A stretch of 41,101 nt of DNA from a virus (IMGVR_UViG_3300010362_000009:1-41101); one strand, 5' to 3'. Counted from the stretch's first letter, positions 1-9,640 are shown. Notes: generated by a model not told the origin, from the sequence alone. Numbers and translations are program-made.

Positions 1-123
1 GGATGCCACGATGGAAATGCCGCTGCGGGCGCTGAAAGCGGAAGACGTGCTGTTCCGCGGCGCCGCGTACGCCATGCACGCGCAGCGTGTGGCGACCAGG
101 GAGGCGATCAAGGAAGGCTTTAC
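1..123. repeat. Terminal direct repeat, copy 1 (identical to 40979-41101); circular-assembly overlap
   Basis: Exact 123-nt identity between the two window ends; it lies inside one continuous reading frame. Confidence 0.95.
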
Positions 124-1468
124 CGGCGCGGCCAGGGATGGGCGAGTGGCAACCATCCTCAAGAACCTCGAGGAATACCCCGACCTGGCGAAAGAGGCCG
201 AAGACGCCGCGGCGCACATGGTCTTCCAGGAAAAACGCAACCTGCCGCTGCCGCGCACCATGCCTGGTCGCAACCTGGCGACGTCGGAGGCGGGCACGTT
301 CGCGCGCAGCCAGATACTGCCGTTCATGGAGACGCCGGCCAACATCACCGCGCAGGGCGCTGGTTTGACGCCGCTCGGCTTCATGGGCACGTATGAGGCC
401 GCACGCGGAACGCGAGAGATGCCGGTCGGGACCAGGGCTGAGCGGTACGCCCGCGGTCGGCAAGTCCTACTTGCAGAAGAGCGTGCCGCACGAGCGATCG
501 TCGGCACCGGCATTCTCGGCGCAGGCATCTACCTGGGGATGCAGGGGATGCTGACAGGCGCGTACTCGGAAGACCCTAACGTCAACTCGACGTATCCGCA
601 GGGCTGGCGACCGTGGTCGTTCCGCATTGAAGACCCGGTGTCCAAGAACACGTACTACGTTCCGCTCCAGAACATGGCGTTGATCGGCTTTCCGCTGGCG
701 ATGGCGGCGATCATCACTGACCCTGTCCACCGCGGCAAGAGCATCATGGACCCCGAAGAGTTCGGCATGGCCGCTTCGGGTATTGGCAAGTACATCCTCG
801 ACAACACGTTCCTGCAAGGCATGAGCGATTTCGTAGACATGCTGCAAGACCCCAACGCCCGCGGTGGCAAGTTTTGGGAATCACTGGCAGCGAGCTACGG
901 CCCGTATTCGGCGCTCGGTCGGGAGATGCAGCGTGCGACGGGTGTAGCAACGCGTAATCCTCGAGAGGGCATCCGCGGTCTCATCGACGCGATGGAGGCC
1001 AACTACCCCGGCCTGTCGGGGAACGTGCCGCCAAGCCTGACGCCGATGGGTGAGGAACGCACGCAGGGCGCGACCGGCCTGGGGCGCTATGTCGTGCCTG
1101 GTCGGTATGACATCGAGCGCGACGAGCCGACGTTGGCGGCGCTGCGCGAGGCGGGTGTGGGCATTCCAGCGCAGCCTCGAGCGGTCAACGTCGGGCGCGG
1201 TTGGTCGATCGACCTGACCGAAGACGAGCGAGCTCAGCTTCAGCAGGCTCGAGGCGCAGCTATCCGCGACCAGGTCGCGCAGACGATGGCGCTTCCGATC
1301 TGGCAGCAGGCGACGCGCACCGACCGTAATGCCATGCTGCGGCGCGCGGTCTCGAACGCTGGTCAGAACACGAATATCCTGTGGCTGCGAACGTTGTCCG
1401 ACGCTGATATTCAGGGCCGAGCGAAGCAGCGCGAAGTACCTGATCCGTACATCCTGGGAGCCGCCTGA
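1..1468 (+). CDS. C-terminal part of the giant virion/ejection protein that starts at 34209 and crosses the junction
   Basis: ORF-track 11..1468 is in frame with the open frame at the right end (GAT GCC ACG ATG GAA at 40980). Motifs ILPFMETPANI, GMLTG, GWRPWSFRI and NTFLQGMSDF resemble C-terminal regions of large polyvalent/internal virion proteins. Confidence 0.85.
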   Translation, partial: DATMEMPLRALKAEDVLFRGAAYAMHAQRVATREAIKEGFTGAARDGRVATILKNLEEYPDLAKEAEDAAAHMVFQEKRNLPLPRTMPGRNLATSEAGTFARSQILPFMETPANITAQGAGLTPLGFMGTYEAARGTREMPVGTRAERYARGRQVLLAEERAARAIVGTGILGAGIYLGMQGMLTGAYSEDPNVNSTYPQGWRPWSFRIEDPVSKNTYYVPLQNMALIGFPLAMAAIITDPVHRGKSIMDPEEFGMAASGIGKYILDNTFLQGMSDFVDMLQDPNARGGKFWESLAASYGPYSALGREMQRATGVATRNPREGIRGLIDAMEANYPGLSGNVPPSLTPMGEERTQGATGLGRYVVPGRYDIERDEPTLAALREAGVGIPAQPRAVNVGRGWSIDLTEDERAQLQQARGAAIRDQVAQTMALPIWQQATRTDRNAMLRRAVSNAGQNTNILWLRTLSDADIQGRAKQREVPDPYILGAA

Positions 1469-3492
1469 TGCCCTACAAGAACAAGCAAGAGGCGGTCACC
1501 GCGCTTCGACCTGGGTGGGTGATCACCGGCGAACAGCCGAACATGGTCAAGATTCCCAACCCCAAGGCGGGGTTGGCAGGCCAGCCGCCGGAGATAACCG
1601 AGCAGCAGGGCTCGATTCTCACCATCTACGACCCCAAAGACCCGCAGGCGACGCCGGACACGATCATCATCAAGGAGGTCGGCAACGCCCCCTGGAAGGG
1701 CGGGGTCGGTTACGACGTCGTCCAGGGACCGCAGAAGGCGGTTCCGACGCCACCCAAGACGCCGAGCGCGTCGGCGAACCTGGACAAGCTGGACGACAAC
1801 GGCGACCCGTTACCCGCGGGGTCGACGGCGAAGCCTGCCTTCGTGCGCGACCCGGCGACGGGCACGGTTTTCCAGACCAAGGACGACGCGGTTTCCGACC
1901 CGTCGACGTGGGTGCCGTTCAAGAACCCGAACGACACCACGCAAGTCCTGGGCTACTACGACCCCAAAGCGCAGAAGATCGTCGCCAGCGTGCCGCAGGC
2001 CGCGGCTGGTACGCGCCGAACGGGTACGTACACCGACCTGATCGACCCGAACGACCCGAACGGTAAGCGGGTCATCGGCAAGATCGATGAAGGCTCGAAG
2101 GAAATCTTTGCTGTCTCGCGCGACCCAACGACGCAGAAGCAGATCGTTTCCACGCCCGAGAAGATTTTCGTCTTTGACGACCAGGGCAAGGTCGTCAACA
2201 CGGTCAACGTCGACAAGAACTCGCCGCTTCAGGCGGTCGTCATCGACGGCACGCGCTACACCTTCGACCCGAACGCCAAAGACCCCGCCAAGGCGTTCAC
2301 CAAGGTCGGCGACGAAGGTCTGCCGAAGACGATCAAGCAGGGCGACGACACGCTCGTGCTGGTCGACAACCCGGACGGGACGCAGAGCTACCACTACCCG
2401 CCAGGGGCCACGCCGCGGCCCACGCTGAACACCAACACCACGGCCAAGTTCCTGGTCTACACCGACCCGGTAACGGGCAAGGAAGTCGCGCGCACCGACA
2501 ACCCGAACTACCAGGCGCCGCAGGTCACCCCGCCAACGACCAACGCCACGTCGAAGATGATCCCGGCGCCCGATCCGAGCTCGCCGACGGGCTGGAAGTG
2601 GGTCAAGAACGAGGCGCGCGTCACCGCGTCGCAGGCGCTGCAAGACCTGGCGAGCCAGCTATCGGGGCGAGTGGTCGACCAGGACATTTCGGTCGAAGAG
2701 GCGCAGGCGATCATCAAGAGCGCCAACGACGCGATGGCGACGGCCTCGAGCGCCGCGGCGACGACGGTCTCGGCGATCAATCAGGGCGCGACCGCGGGCG
2801 CCAACATCCTGAACCAGCGCGTCCAGGCGGCGCAGAACTTCGTCAACCAGGGGCTCGGCCTGCTGGGGCAAACAAAGCATGGTCTGCTGGTCGCGCCACC
2901 GAGCGACTTCGCGGCCAACCTGGTCTCGGGCGCCGCGGGTTTCGCGACCGAGCTCGGGGGCGGTCCAGAGGTCTTTCAGGCCGCGGCGAACCTGGTTCGC
3001 AGGGCAGACCCGACGGGAGCGCAGGGGCAGGATGCTGCGGCGGCGTACGCGACGCTGACGCAGATGTTCCAGAAGTACCGCCAGACGCACAACGGCCAGC
3101 CCTCGCCGCAGGAGGTCGACGCGCTCAAGGGCGGCAACGGCATGGGCACCGGCGGTCAGCAGACCGTGCCAGGTCCGGTCCAGACGCAAGCCGTCCCGAA
3201 CCCGTTCGCGCAGAGCGGCATCGCCGAAGGCTCGAACCGGACCTTTGCCGCGCCGCTGAATGCGGTGCCTGGTCAGAACTACGGCGCGGCGACGGCGTAC
3301 AGCGGCGGCATCGCCCCCTGGAACGCGGCGCCAGGTCCGTCGTTCACCACGCCGCAGCCCGCGGCGGTGCCCGCACCGCAGCAGGTGGTCGGCACGCCGC
3401 AGCCGACATTCCAGACGCCGCAAATGGCGATCACGCCGATTCCGACCGTCCAGCCGCAGAACAGGAACATCACGATCACGGTGCCCACATGA
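1468..3492 (+). CDS. Putative internal virion (ejection) protein, 674 aa
   Basis: TGATG coupling to the giant gene; recurrent hairpin-like YDP/DPxTG motifs, an Ala/Gln-rich helical middle and a Pro/Gln-rich tail; position next to the giant protein. Confidence 0.6.
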   Translation: MPYKNKQEAVTALRPGWVITGEQPNMVKIPNPKAGLAGQPPEITEQQGSILTIYDPKDPQATPDTIIIKEVGNAPWKGGVGYDVVQGPQKAVPTPPKTPSASANLDKLDDNGDPLPAGSTAKPAFVRDPATGTVFQTKDDAVSDPSTWVPFKNPNDTTQVLGYYDPKAQKIVASVPQAAAGTRRTGTYTDLIDPNDPNGKRVIGKIDEGSKEIFAVSRDPTTQKQIVSTPEKIFVFDDQGKVVNTVNVDKNSPLQAVVIDGTRYTFDPNAKDPAKAFTKVGDEGLPKTIKQGDDTLVLVDNPDGTQSYHYPPGATPRPTLNTNTTAKFLVYTDPVTGKEVARTDNPNYQAPQVTPPTTNATSKMIPAPDPSSPTGWKWVKNEARVTASQALQDLASQLSGRVVDQDISVEEAQAIIKSANDAMATASSAAATTVSAINQGATAGANILNQRVQAAQNFVNQGLGLLGQTKHGLLVAPPSDFAANLVSGAAGFATELGGGPEVFQAAANLVRRADPTGAQGQDAAAAYATLTQMFQKYRQTHNGQPSPQEVDALKGGNGMGTGGQQTVPGPVQTQAVPNPFAQSGIAEGSNRTFAAPLNAVPGQNYGAATAYSGGIAPWNAAPGPSFTTPQPAAVPAPQQVVGTPQPTFQTPQMAITPIPTVQPQNRNITITVPT

Positions 3493-4640
3493 CCAACATC
3501 GTCAACGGCCACGATCTTGACACTCAATCAGGCCGCGCCGACTTCCGCGCTTCGGGCGGATGGGTAGAGGGCAACTCGAGTGGCGGTGGCTACTCGTATC
3601 AAACGCCGAGCGGTCAGACCGGCCAGGGCGGCGGAACGCAGACGCCGACGCAGGGCGCGACGTTCAACACGCCGAGCTCGCAGCAAGTCGGGCCGACCGC
3701 GACCGTCTCGGGCGGCACGCCGACGCAGTACACCAGCGCCGACCCGTACATCAAAGCCATTCAGCAAGCGGTCCAGGCGCTGAACTCGAGCGACCTGAAG
3801 GCGTTCAACGAACAGGTCCGCGAGTGGGACAAGGTCTTCCAGTTCAACACCGATCAGTTCAACGAGGGTATCCGTCAGTTCAACAACACCTTCGGCCTGA
3901 ACCAGGCCAACGTGACCGGCGTGTACAACGGTGCGCCGACGCTGGAAGCCGCCACAAGGGCGGCAAACTTCCTGGGCACGTACCAGGGGCAGCAGACCCT
4001 CCAGGCGCAGAACCAGTACTTCAACCAGGCACTTGCCGCGGCGGGGTTGACGGGGCGGTGGGGTGACACGGTGACGCAGCAGGCGCAAGCGCAGGCCGCG
4101 CAACTCTACGGCTTCGTGCCGGTGGCGTATGACGCGAACGGCGTGCCGGTCGACGCGCAGGGGCGCAGCCTCACTACCCTGGCGGCGCAGCAGCAGGCGT
4201 ACGCGCAGCAGATGGGCGCGATCCAGGCCGCGTCGCAGTTACAGGCCAACCCGTTCAGGCAGGCTCAGGTCATCGGCCAAGCGAGCCGCTTGCTGGCCGG
4301 TCAGCCGACGGCGGCGTTTTCAGCACCAAATACTGTTGGTGGCGTGGGCACGGTCGGCGGCAATACGCAGGGCGGCGTGGGCTACTTGCAGCAGCTTGTG
4401 GACGATATCAAGAACCCGGGCGCGAATCAGACGACCGCGGACCAGTTCATCGCCAGCACGCCGACGCCGAACAAGCTGGACTCGACGTCGTTCCTACGTG
4501 CCGCGCCGTCGACGCAGAACATCGTGCTCCAGGCGATGCAGGAAAAGTATGGGATTGATCCAAATGACGCGTTGACGCAGATTCGCAACACGCTGCCGCA
4601 GTTCACCGCGCCGACCACGTTCGGTGGTGTCAGGAGGTAA
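3489..4640 (+). CDS. Putative internal virion/DNA-pilot-like protein, 383 aa (MTNIVNGHD...)
   Basis: ATGA overlap at 3489-3492; Gln/Asn/Gly/Thr-rich with QFN repeats; the ORF-track start at 2598 is a shadow extension. Confidence 0.6.
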   Translation: MTNIVNGHDLDTQSGRADFRASGGWVEGNSSGGGYSYQTPSGQTGQGGGTQTPTQGATFNTPSSQQVGPTATVSGGTPTQYTSADPYIKAIQQAVQALNSSDLKAFNEQVREWDKVFQFNTDQFNEGIRQFNNTFGLNQANVTGVYNGAPTLEAATRAANFLGTYQGQQTLQAQNQYFNQALAAAGLTGRWGDTVTQQAQAQAAQLYGFVPVAYDANGVPVDAQGRSLTTLAAQQQAYAQQMGAIQAASQLQANPFRQAQVIGQASRLLAGQPTAAFSAPNTVGGVGTVGGNTQGGVGYLQQLVDDIKNPGANQTTADQFIASTPTPNKLDSTSFLRAAPSTQNIVLQAMQEKYGIDPNDALTQIRNTLPQFTAPTTFGGVRR

Positions 4641-4642
4641 CC

Positions 4643-4777
4643 GTGCCGCTCACCAAAAAGGGCGAGAAGATCATGCGGAACATGAAGGCGGAGTACGGTG
4701 CCAAAAAGGCGAAGCAGGTGTTCTATGCTTCGCGCAACGCTGGCAAGATCAAGGGCGTCGACCGCAGCAAGAAATGA
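4643..4777 (+). CDS. Small basic phage protein, 44 aa (MPLTKKGEKIMRNMKAEYGAKKAKQVFYASRNAGKIKGVDRSKK)
   Basis: AGGAGG SD before GTG 4643; Lys-rich MPLTKKG...VFYAS pattern recalled from phage head modules; too short for the ORF track. Confidence 0.8.
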   Translation: MPLTKKGEKIMRNMKAEYGAKKAKQVFYASRNAGKIKGVDRSKK

Positions 4778-4791
4778 GTAGTCGCTAAAGC

Positions 4792-5652
4792 GTGGCTGAA
4801 TCAGACCGCGGCATCCATCCCGACCTGGTAGACGACCAGCCAGCGGCGCCTCCCCCTACCGAAGCGCCGCGGCGGGGTCGAGGACGGGCTGCGGCACCGC
4901 CTCCTGAGCCGCCTCCCGTCGACGGCGAAGCCCCATCGGGTGAGGGCGAGGGGCCTTCAACCTCACCCGATTCGGGTGACGACTGGCGCGCGACGTGGAA
5001 CGCAGCGGCGTCGCCCGAAGAGGCGTTCGCGCTGCTCGCCAAGAACCTGCCGACCGACGTCCTGGAGAAAGACGAACGGCTGAGCGGTCTGATCGGCTCT
5101 CGAGCCGACGTCCGCGCGCGAGACCTTCGGCGTCAGGAAGAGCGCGACGCCGCGGAGCGCGCCAAACGCGAGGCGGCGGCGAACAACGACCTGTACACGC
5201 TCGGCGAGCTCACGCAACGCGAGTACCAGCAGCAAGGGCTCGCTGCCGCACAGGCCGACCCGTACCAGCCGATGATGGAGGTCATTGGTCGCGTTCAGTC
5301 GAACTTGCCAGAGGCAGTTCAGCGCGATGTTGCCGGCAGACAGTTCGGCGAAGGCAAATCCTGGAACGAGGGTCTGCAAGAATACCTGTCCTATCTGATC
5401 GATTCCGTATCCGAGCACCGCTACAAAGAGCGGGAGTCCGCACTGCGAAAGTCGATCTTGAGCGAAGTCAACGGCTCCGAGCCGGTCCCTGAGCGCGAGG
5501 GTGGAACCCCTGCTCGCGTCCGGGTGGTGACCGACGAACAGGTCGATGCCATGTCGCTCCGCGAGTACGACGCCTTGTTCGATGAGAACGGGCATCCAAG
5601 ACCCGGAGTGCAACATCGGTCCACGAGAGGCATTCCGCTAACACCACGCTAA
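4792..5652 (+). CDS. Probable capsid scaffolding protein, 286 aa
   Basis: Immediately upstream of the capsid gene; acidic/Pro-rich N-terminus, coiled-coil centre, MSLREYDAL-type C-terminal helix. Confidence 0.65.
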   Translation: MAESDRGIHPDLVDDQPAAPPPTEAPRRGRGRAAAPPPEPPPVDGEAPSGEGEGPSTSPDSGDDWRATWNAAASPEEAFALLAKNLPTDVLEKDERLSGLIGSRADVRARDLRRQEERDAAERAKREAAANNDLYTLGELTQREYQQQGLAAAQADPYQPMMEVIGRVQSNLPEAVQRDVAGRQFGEGKSWNEGLQEYLSYLIDSVSEHRYKERESALRKSILSEVNGSEPVPEREGGTPARVRVVTDEQVDAMSLREYDALFDENGHPRPGVQHRSTRGIPLTPR

Positions 5653-5662
5653 AGGGGTTCAT

Positions 5663-6535
5663 ATGGCGGTCGGCTCAGGCATTGCCGCAACCGGCAACGA
5701 GTTCGTAGACAAGACCATCGCCGATGGCGTGTTCTCGCCAGATATCTGGTCGAAGCAGGTGCTGCGCGCGACCGAAAGCAACCTGGTCATCGCCGATTCG
5801 GTCAATCGCGGCTTCGAGTCAGACGCTTCCGTTGGCAAGACGGTCAAGGTGGCGAGTATTGGGAATCTCGCTGCGCGAGCCAAGGGCGAAAACAACGCCA
5901 TTACGTACGAAACTGTCGCCGAGACGGCGACAACAATTACGTTGAATATTTGGTCTTACGCGGCGGTTGGAATCGAAGATATTGTCAAGGTCCAGGCGAT
6001 CGTGGACGTCCAGAACGAGTACCAGCGCAAGCTCGGCTACGCCATCGCCAAGGACATTGACACCAAGCTGGCGACCGACTTCGCAGGCTTCAGCCAGACC
6101 GTCGGCACGCTCGGCACCGCCGTCTCGGATGCGAACGTGCTGGCCGCGATCAAGCTCCTGGACGACGCCGACGTGCCGCAGGACGATCGGTTCTTCATCA
6201 TGACCCCGGCGGAAAAGGTCGCCAAGCTGGCGCTCGACCGCTGGAGCAACGCGTTGTATATCGGCACCGGCAACACGCCAGTGAAGTCGGGCACGCTCGG
6301 CGATATGTACGGGTTGACGCTGAAGATGACCACCAACCTGGTCAAGCCGTCAGCGGGTCAGGCGAACAACGCCATCTTCCACCGCGACGCGCTGGCGCTG
6401 GTCGTGCAGCGCACGCCGAAGACGCACATCTTCTACGACATTGACATGTTTGCCTGGAAGCTGGCGGTCGAGGTCATCTACGGCCACCAGGAGATGCGCG
6501 ACAACTTCGGCATCCTGCTCGCCGGCGCGAGCTAA
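5663..6535 (+). CDS. Major capsid protein (HK97 fold, T7/P22-coat-like), 290 aa
   Basis: FSPDIWSKQVL, GKTVKV, LGYAIAKDID, LDDADVPQDDRFF, FHRDAL and IYG motifs. Confidence 0.9.
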   Translation: MAVGSGIAATGNEFVDKTIADGVFSPDIWSKQVLRATESNLVIADSVNRGFESDASVGKTVKVASIGNLAARAKGENNAITYETVAETATTITLNIWSYAAVGIEDIVKVQAIVDVQNEYQRKLGYAIAKDIDTKLATDFAGFSQTVGTLGTAVSDANVLAAIKLLDDADVPQDDRFFIMTPAEKVAKLALDRWSNALYIGTGNTPVKSGTLGDMYGLTLKMTTNLVKPSAGQANNAIFHRDALALVVQRTPKTHIFYDIDMFAWKLAVEVIYGHQEMRDNFGILLAGAS

Positions 6536-6546
6536 GGGGGCACGTA

Positions 6547-7158
6547 GTGCCAGAAACAGTTACTGGAAACGAGTTCGTAGACAAGCTGCTCGATCAGACG
6601 TCGGGGCAGGCGGTCCAGCCGGTCAAAGGGCAGAATTACAACTACCCGCTGCGCTGGTTCCTGAAGCCGGACGGCACGGTCGTGCAGCTTCAGGGTGATC
6701 CGCAGAACCGCGCCTATTACGCCGACAAGGGCTATCACGAGATGCGCGAAACGCCTGGTCGGGACGGTGGGCCGTCGGAGGTCGAGCAGTACACCCAGGT
6801 CGAGTACCCGAAGATTCTCAAGGTCCAGCGCGAGAAGGCGGCGCTGATCAACGCCATTCGGCGGGCTGGCGAGCGATATCGCGACCTGGCTCTGGAAGAC
6901 ACGTTTGACGACTACTCGGTCGAAGAGATTCGCGAGTACCTGGCGCAGATCAAGTCGGAGACGGGCAAGGACATTCGCGTGATTCGACCGAAGCGCGAGG
7001 TCGCGCGTGAGACGCGAGAAGACGCCCGCCTCCTGTCGGGCGTGGAAACCGCCGAGACCGAGTCGATGGAAGGGCTCCAGGCCAAGCTGAACGCGCAGCA
7101 CGGTTATGACCCGATCGAGCAGTCGCGCCGTCGCCAGCGGGGAGGGAGTGCCGCATGA
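6547..7158 (+). CDS. Hypothetical protein, 203 aa, sharing the N-terminal TGNEFVDK peptide with the capsid protein
   Basis: AAGGGGG SD-like element, GTG start, high-GC3 codon usage. Confidence 0.75.
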   Translation: MPETVTGNEFVDKLLDQTSGQAVQPVKGQNYNYPLRWFLKPDGTVVQLQGDPQNRAYYADKGYHEMRETPGRDGGPSEVEQYTQVEYPKILKVQREKAALINAIRRAGERYRDLALEDTFDDYSVEEIREYLAQIKSETGKDIRVIRPKREVARETREDARLLSGVETAETESMEGLQAKLNAQHGYDPIEQSRRRQRGGSAA

Positions 7159-7535
7159 CCGTATCCGAGCACCCAATCGTTGATCCGTCGCCGACCGCGG
7201 CGCCGATTCACCTGGACATGACGACGATCGAGGAAGTGCTGGCTGCCTTCCCCGCACCGGCGTCGGACGAGGAAACGCTGGCGCTCAAGCCGAATACCGC
7301 GGCGGAGGCGACCAGCGGTCCAGACGAGCAAATCAGTCCGACGGCGTACGTCGAGATGAGCAAGCCCGACGGGACCAAGTTTCTTGCTCCGCTCGCCAAC
7401 GTCGAACACTACGAGTCGAAGGGCTACACCGCCGGCGCCGAGCGGGACATTCCCGACCTGGTCGCGTATTGGGCGGAGAAAGCAGGCACAAGTGCATCTG
7501 GAACAACCCAACCCGCCGACACCCCCGCAGCCTGA
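7155..7535 (+). CDS. Hypothetical head-module protein, 126 aa
   Basis: GGAGGGAG SD; ATGA overlap with the upstream stop. Confidence 0.7.
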   Translation: MTVSEHPIVDPSPTAAPIHLDMTTIEEVLAAFPAPASDEETLALKPNTAAEATSGPDEQISPTAYVEMSKPDGTKFLAPLANVEHYESKGYTAGAERDIPDLVAYWAEKAGTSASGTTQPADTPAA

Positions 7536-7608
7536 TCCCGAGCCGGTTCCCCCGTCCGAGCCCGAACCGCAGCCAGAACCCGAGCCTGAAACACCGGAGT
7601 CGCCATGA
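7492..7608 (+). CDS. Possible 38-aa Pro/Glu-repeat peptide (MHLEQPNPPTPPQPDPEPVPPSEPEPQPEPEPETPESP), or a frameshifted tail of 7155
   Basis: Fills the gap and ends in an ATGA overlap with 7605; PE repeats use varied codons. Confidence 0.4.
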   Translation: MHLEQPNPPTPPQPDPEPVPPSEPEPQPEPEPETPESP

Positions 7609-8075
7609 CGCCAACCGATATCGAGAAACAGGTCGGTGCCGCGGCGGGGCTGTGGACGCACTCGCCGACCGATTGGGCGGGCAACGAGGGCGTTACCAAA
7701 CCGTCGTCGTTTCCGACCGACGCGAGCCTGGGCTACCAGGGCGCGGCGACTGGCTCGCGACCTGGTCAGGTAGTCATCAGTGCGATTCCGCCGACGGGCG
7801 GCGTGGGCATCAGCGCGGTGTCGATCACCAACATCACCGCGACGACGTGCAACATTCAGTTCACGCTGAGCTCACTGCCGACGGTCGCGGCCAGGATCAA
7901 CTACGGCACCACGCCCGCGGTGGGCTCAAACCTCGCGGCGGGCGCGGCAGCGGCGGGTACGCAATCAATCAACCTGACCAGCCTCGTGACTAAGACGCTG
8001 TACTACTTCCAGGTCCAGGCGACCAACGCGCAGGGCACCACGTTGACCACCCTGGCGACGTTCACCACGCCGTGA
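7605..8075 (+). CDS. Fibronectin type III/Ig-like structural (decoration) protein, 156 aa
   Basis: ISAVSITNITATT...INYGTT...LTSLVTKTLYYFQVQATN...FTT is a typical Fn3 pattern. Confidence 0.75.
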   Translation: MTPTDIEKQVGAAAGLWTHSPTDWAGNEGVTKPSSFPTDASLGYQGAATGSRPGQVVISAIPPTGGVGISAVSITNITATTCNIQFTLSSLPTVAARINYGTTPAVGSNLAAGAAAAGTQSINLTSLVTKTLYYFQVQATNAQGTTLTTLATFTTP

Positions 8076-8288
8076 GTGGGCTGGCTATGGCGCGAGTTTC
8101 AGCGGTTTCATAGGGGCATGACCAGCGCAGCAGCGGACGATCGGCTCGGCAAGGCGGCGTACGACGCGTACATGATTCAACTGGGCGACATGAGCAAGCC
8201 GTGGGACGGTCTGAGCGGAACCGAGCAGAACGCCTGGATTGCGGCGGCGCGCACGATCGAGGCGCAGGTACGCGAGCATGAACTCTGA
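8076..8288 (+). CDS. Hypothetical protein, 70 aa
   Basis: Abuts the upstream stop; GKAAYDAY...PWDGLS...AWIAAA pattern; start uncertain. Confidence 0.65.
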   Translation: MGWLWREFQRFHRGMTSAAADDRLGKAAYDAYMIQLGDMSKPWDGLSGTEQNAWIAAARTIEAQVREHEL

Positions 8289-8661
8289 GCATCGTCCCGA
8301 CTGCACGTTCGGACCAGGCTTCTATCGCATCGTCCTGGAGGACGGCGGTCGGCGCTTCTGTCGCAACGAGCGCGAGGTCAGGACGGTCGTCGCCATGCTC
8401 GGTAAGGCCGTACAGCACGTCCAGCGCGACGCCTGTCTGGACGAGCCCGACGACCGCGGCGTGGTCGACGGCGAACGCTTCCTGTCGCTGCCTAAAGACG
8501 AGGCGATGCGCCTGGTCGGGATCGAGGCGGAGGCTGACTACGTACGCGCCTACCACGCCATCGAGGGCGCGGTGCTGGCTCGAGACCGTGCCGTGGCGAA
8601 CGGGGTGCGCCAGCAGTCGGTTGTCATCAAGAAGCGCGGCGTGACGGTGTCGAATGTCTGA
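8278..8661 (+). CDS. Hypothetical protein, 127 aa (MNSEHRPDC...)
   Basis: ATG at 8278 overlaps the previous gene; high-GC3 frame. Confidence 0.65.
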   Translation: MNSEHRPDCTFGPGFYRIVLEDGGRRFCRNEREVRTVVAMLGKAVQHVQRDACLDEPDDRGVVDGERFLSLPKDEAMRLVGIEAEADYVRAYHAIEGAVLARDRAVANGVRQQSVVIKKRGVTVSNV

Positions 8662-9007
8662 GCAGGCCGTGCAGGCCATCCTGACCGGCTTTGCGTTGAA
8701 CACGTCTGCCGAGCTCGTGCTGGCGGCAATGGTCGCGCCCAGGCCAGCGCAGATTCGGACGGTCGCGTGCTTCTCGCAGGGCGCGACGGGTACGACGGCG
8801 ACGATCATCGACGTTCGCAATAACGGCGTGTCGGTCTACACCAATCCAGCCTCGAGGCCGAGCATCGCCGCGGGCGCGACCGGCAAGTTCACCAGCACGC
8901 TGCCGAATCACCAGGCGGTTCGACTCGGCGACATTGTCACCCTGGTGTGCGCCCAGGCCGGCGGTCACGTCGGCGTCATCGCGACCGCGGCCATAGAGGA
9001 ACCCTGA
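8654..9007 (+). CDS. Putative structural protein, 117 aa, beta-rich
   Basis: Overlapping start; located in the morphogenesis operon. Confidence 0.6.
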   Translation: MSEQAVQAILTGFALNTSAELVLAAMVAPRPAQIRTVACFSQGATGTTATIIDVRNNGVSVYTNPASRPSIAAGATGKFTSTLPNHQAVRLGDIVTLVCAQAGGHVGVIATAAIEEP

Positions 9008-9636
9008 TGCTGCAACTCAACTCGTCACCGATGACCTTCGCTTCGAGCGTTGCCATGCGGCTGATGCCGGCCAAGATAGCCAGGTCCAGGCTCGGCAGGG
9101 CGGTCTATCTGGCGCACGGCTACTTACCTGTGGAGCTCGCCGAAGAGTTGATGGACGCGCTCTCGAGCGCGGTCTGGCTCGAGTCGAGCCTGAGCCTGAA
9201 GCACGTCACGCCGAACGGCATCTACGACCTGGGTGAAGTGTCGCGCAAGGTCGTCACTGACGCGGGCGTGGCAGCGGTCGTGAACGCTTTCAGGAACACG
9301 TTCGAGCTCGAGACCTTCAATTTTCACGCGATCGGAACAGGCTCGACTGCCGAAGCAGCGGCGCAGACCGCGCTGGTAACGGAGCTCACCACGCAATACT
9401 CGACCGACAACACGCGACCGACGGGAACGCAAAGCGCGCCCGCGGCGAACCAGTACCAGTCGGTGGCAACGATCACCGTCGACGCGGGGGTGACGATTAC
9501 CGAACACGGTCTGTTCTCGCAGGCCGCGGTGCCTGGCGGTCAGATGTGGGACCGTTCGGTCTTTGCTGGTTTGGCACTGAGCTCGGGCGACTCGATCATC
9601 GCCACGTATATCGCGACGGTCACGTCGGGCGGCTAG
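9007..9636 (+). CDS. Tail/collar-fibre N-terminal-like structural protein, 209 aa
   Basis: TGATG coupling and GAGG SD; VTDAG...AIGTGST...TAL..E...ITEHGLF...GDS pattern of phage fibre-attachment domains. Confidence 0.65.
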   Translation: MLQLNSSPMTFASSVAMRLMPAKIARSRLGRAVYLAHGYLPVELAEELMDALSSAVWLESSLSLKHVTPNGIYDLGEVSRKVVTDAGVAAVVNAFRNTFELETFNFHAIGTGSTAEAAAQTALVTELTTQYSTDNTRPTGTQSAPAANQYQSVATITVDAGVTITEHGLFSQAAVPGGQMWDRSVFAGLALSSGDSIIATYIATVTSGG

Positions 9637-9640
9637 ATGA

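Noticed and set aside
11-1468. Stand-alone 485-aa gene starting at ATG 11
   Set aside because: The frame is continuous with the ORF from 34209 across the junction
2598-3488. N-terminal extension of the 680-aa ORF-track call
   Set aside because: Arg/Gly-rich shadow of gene 1468-3492; the real start is ATG 3489 at an ATGA overlap
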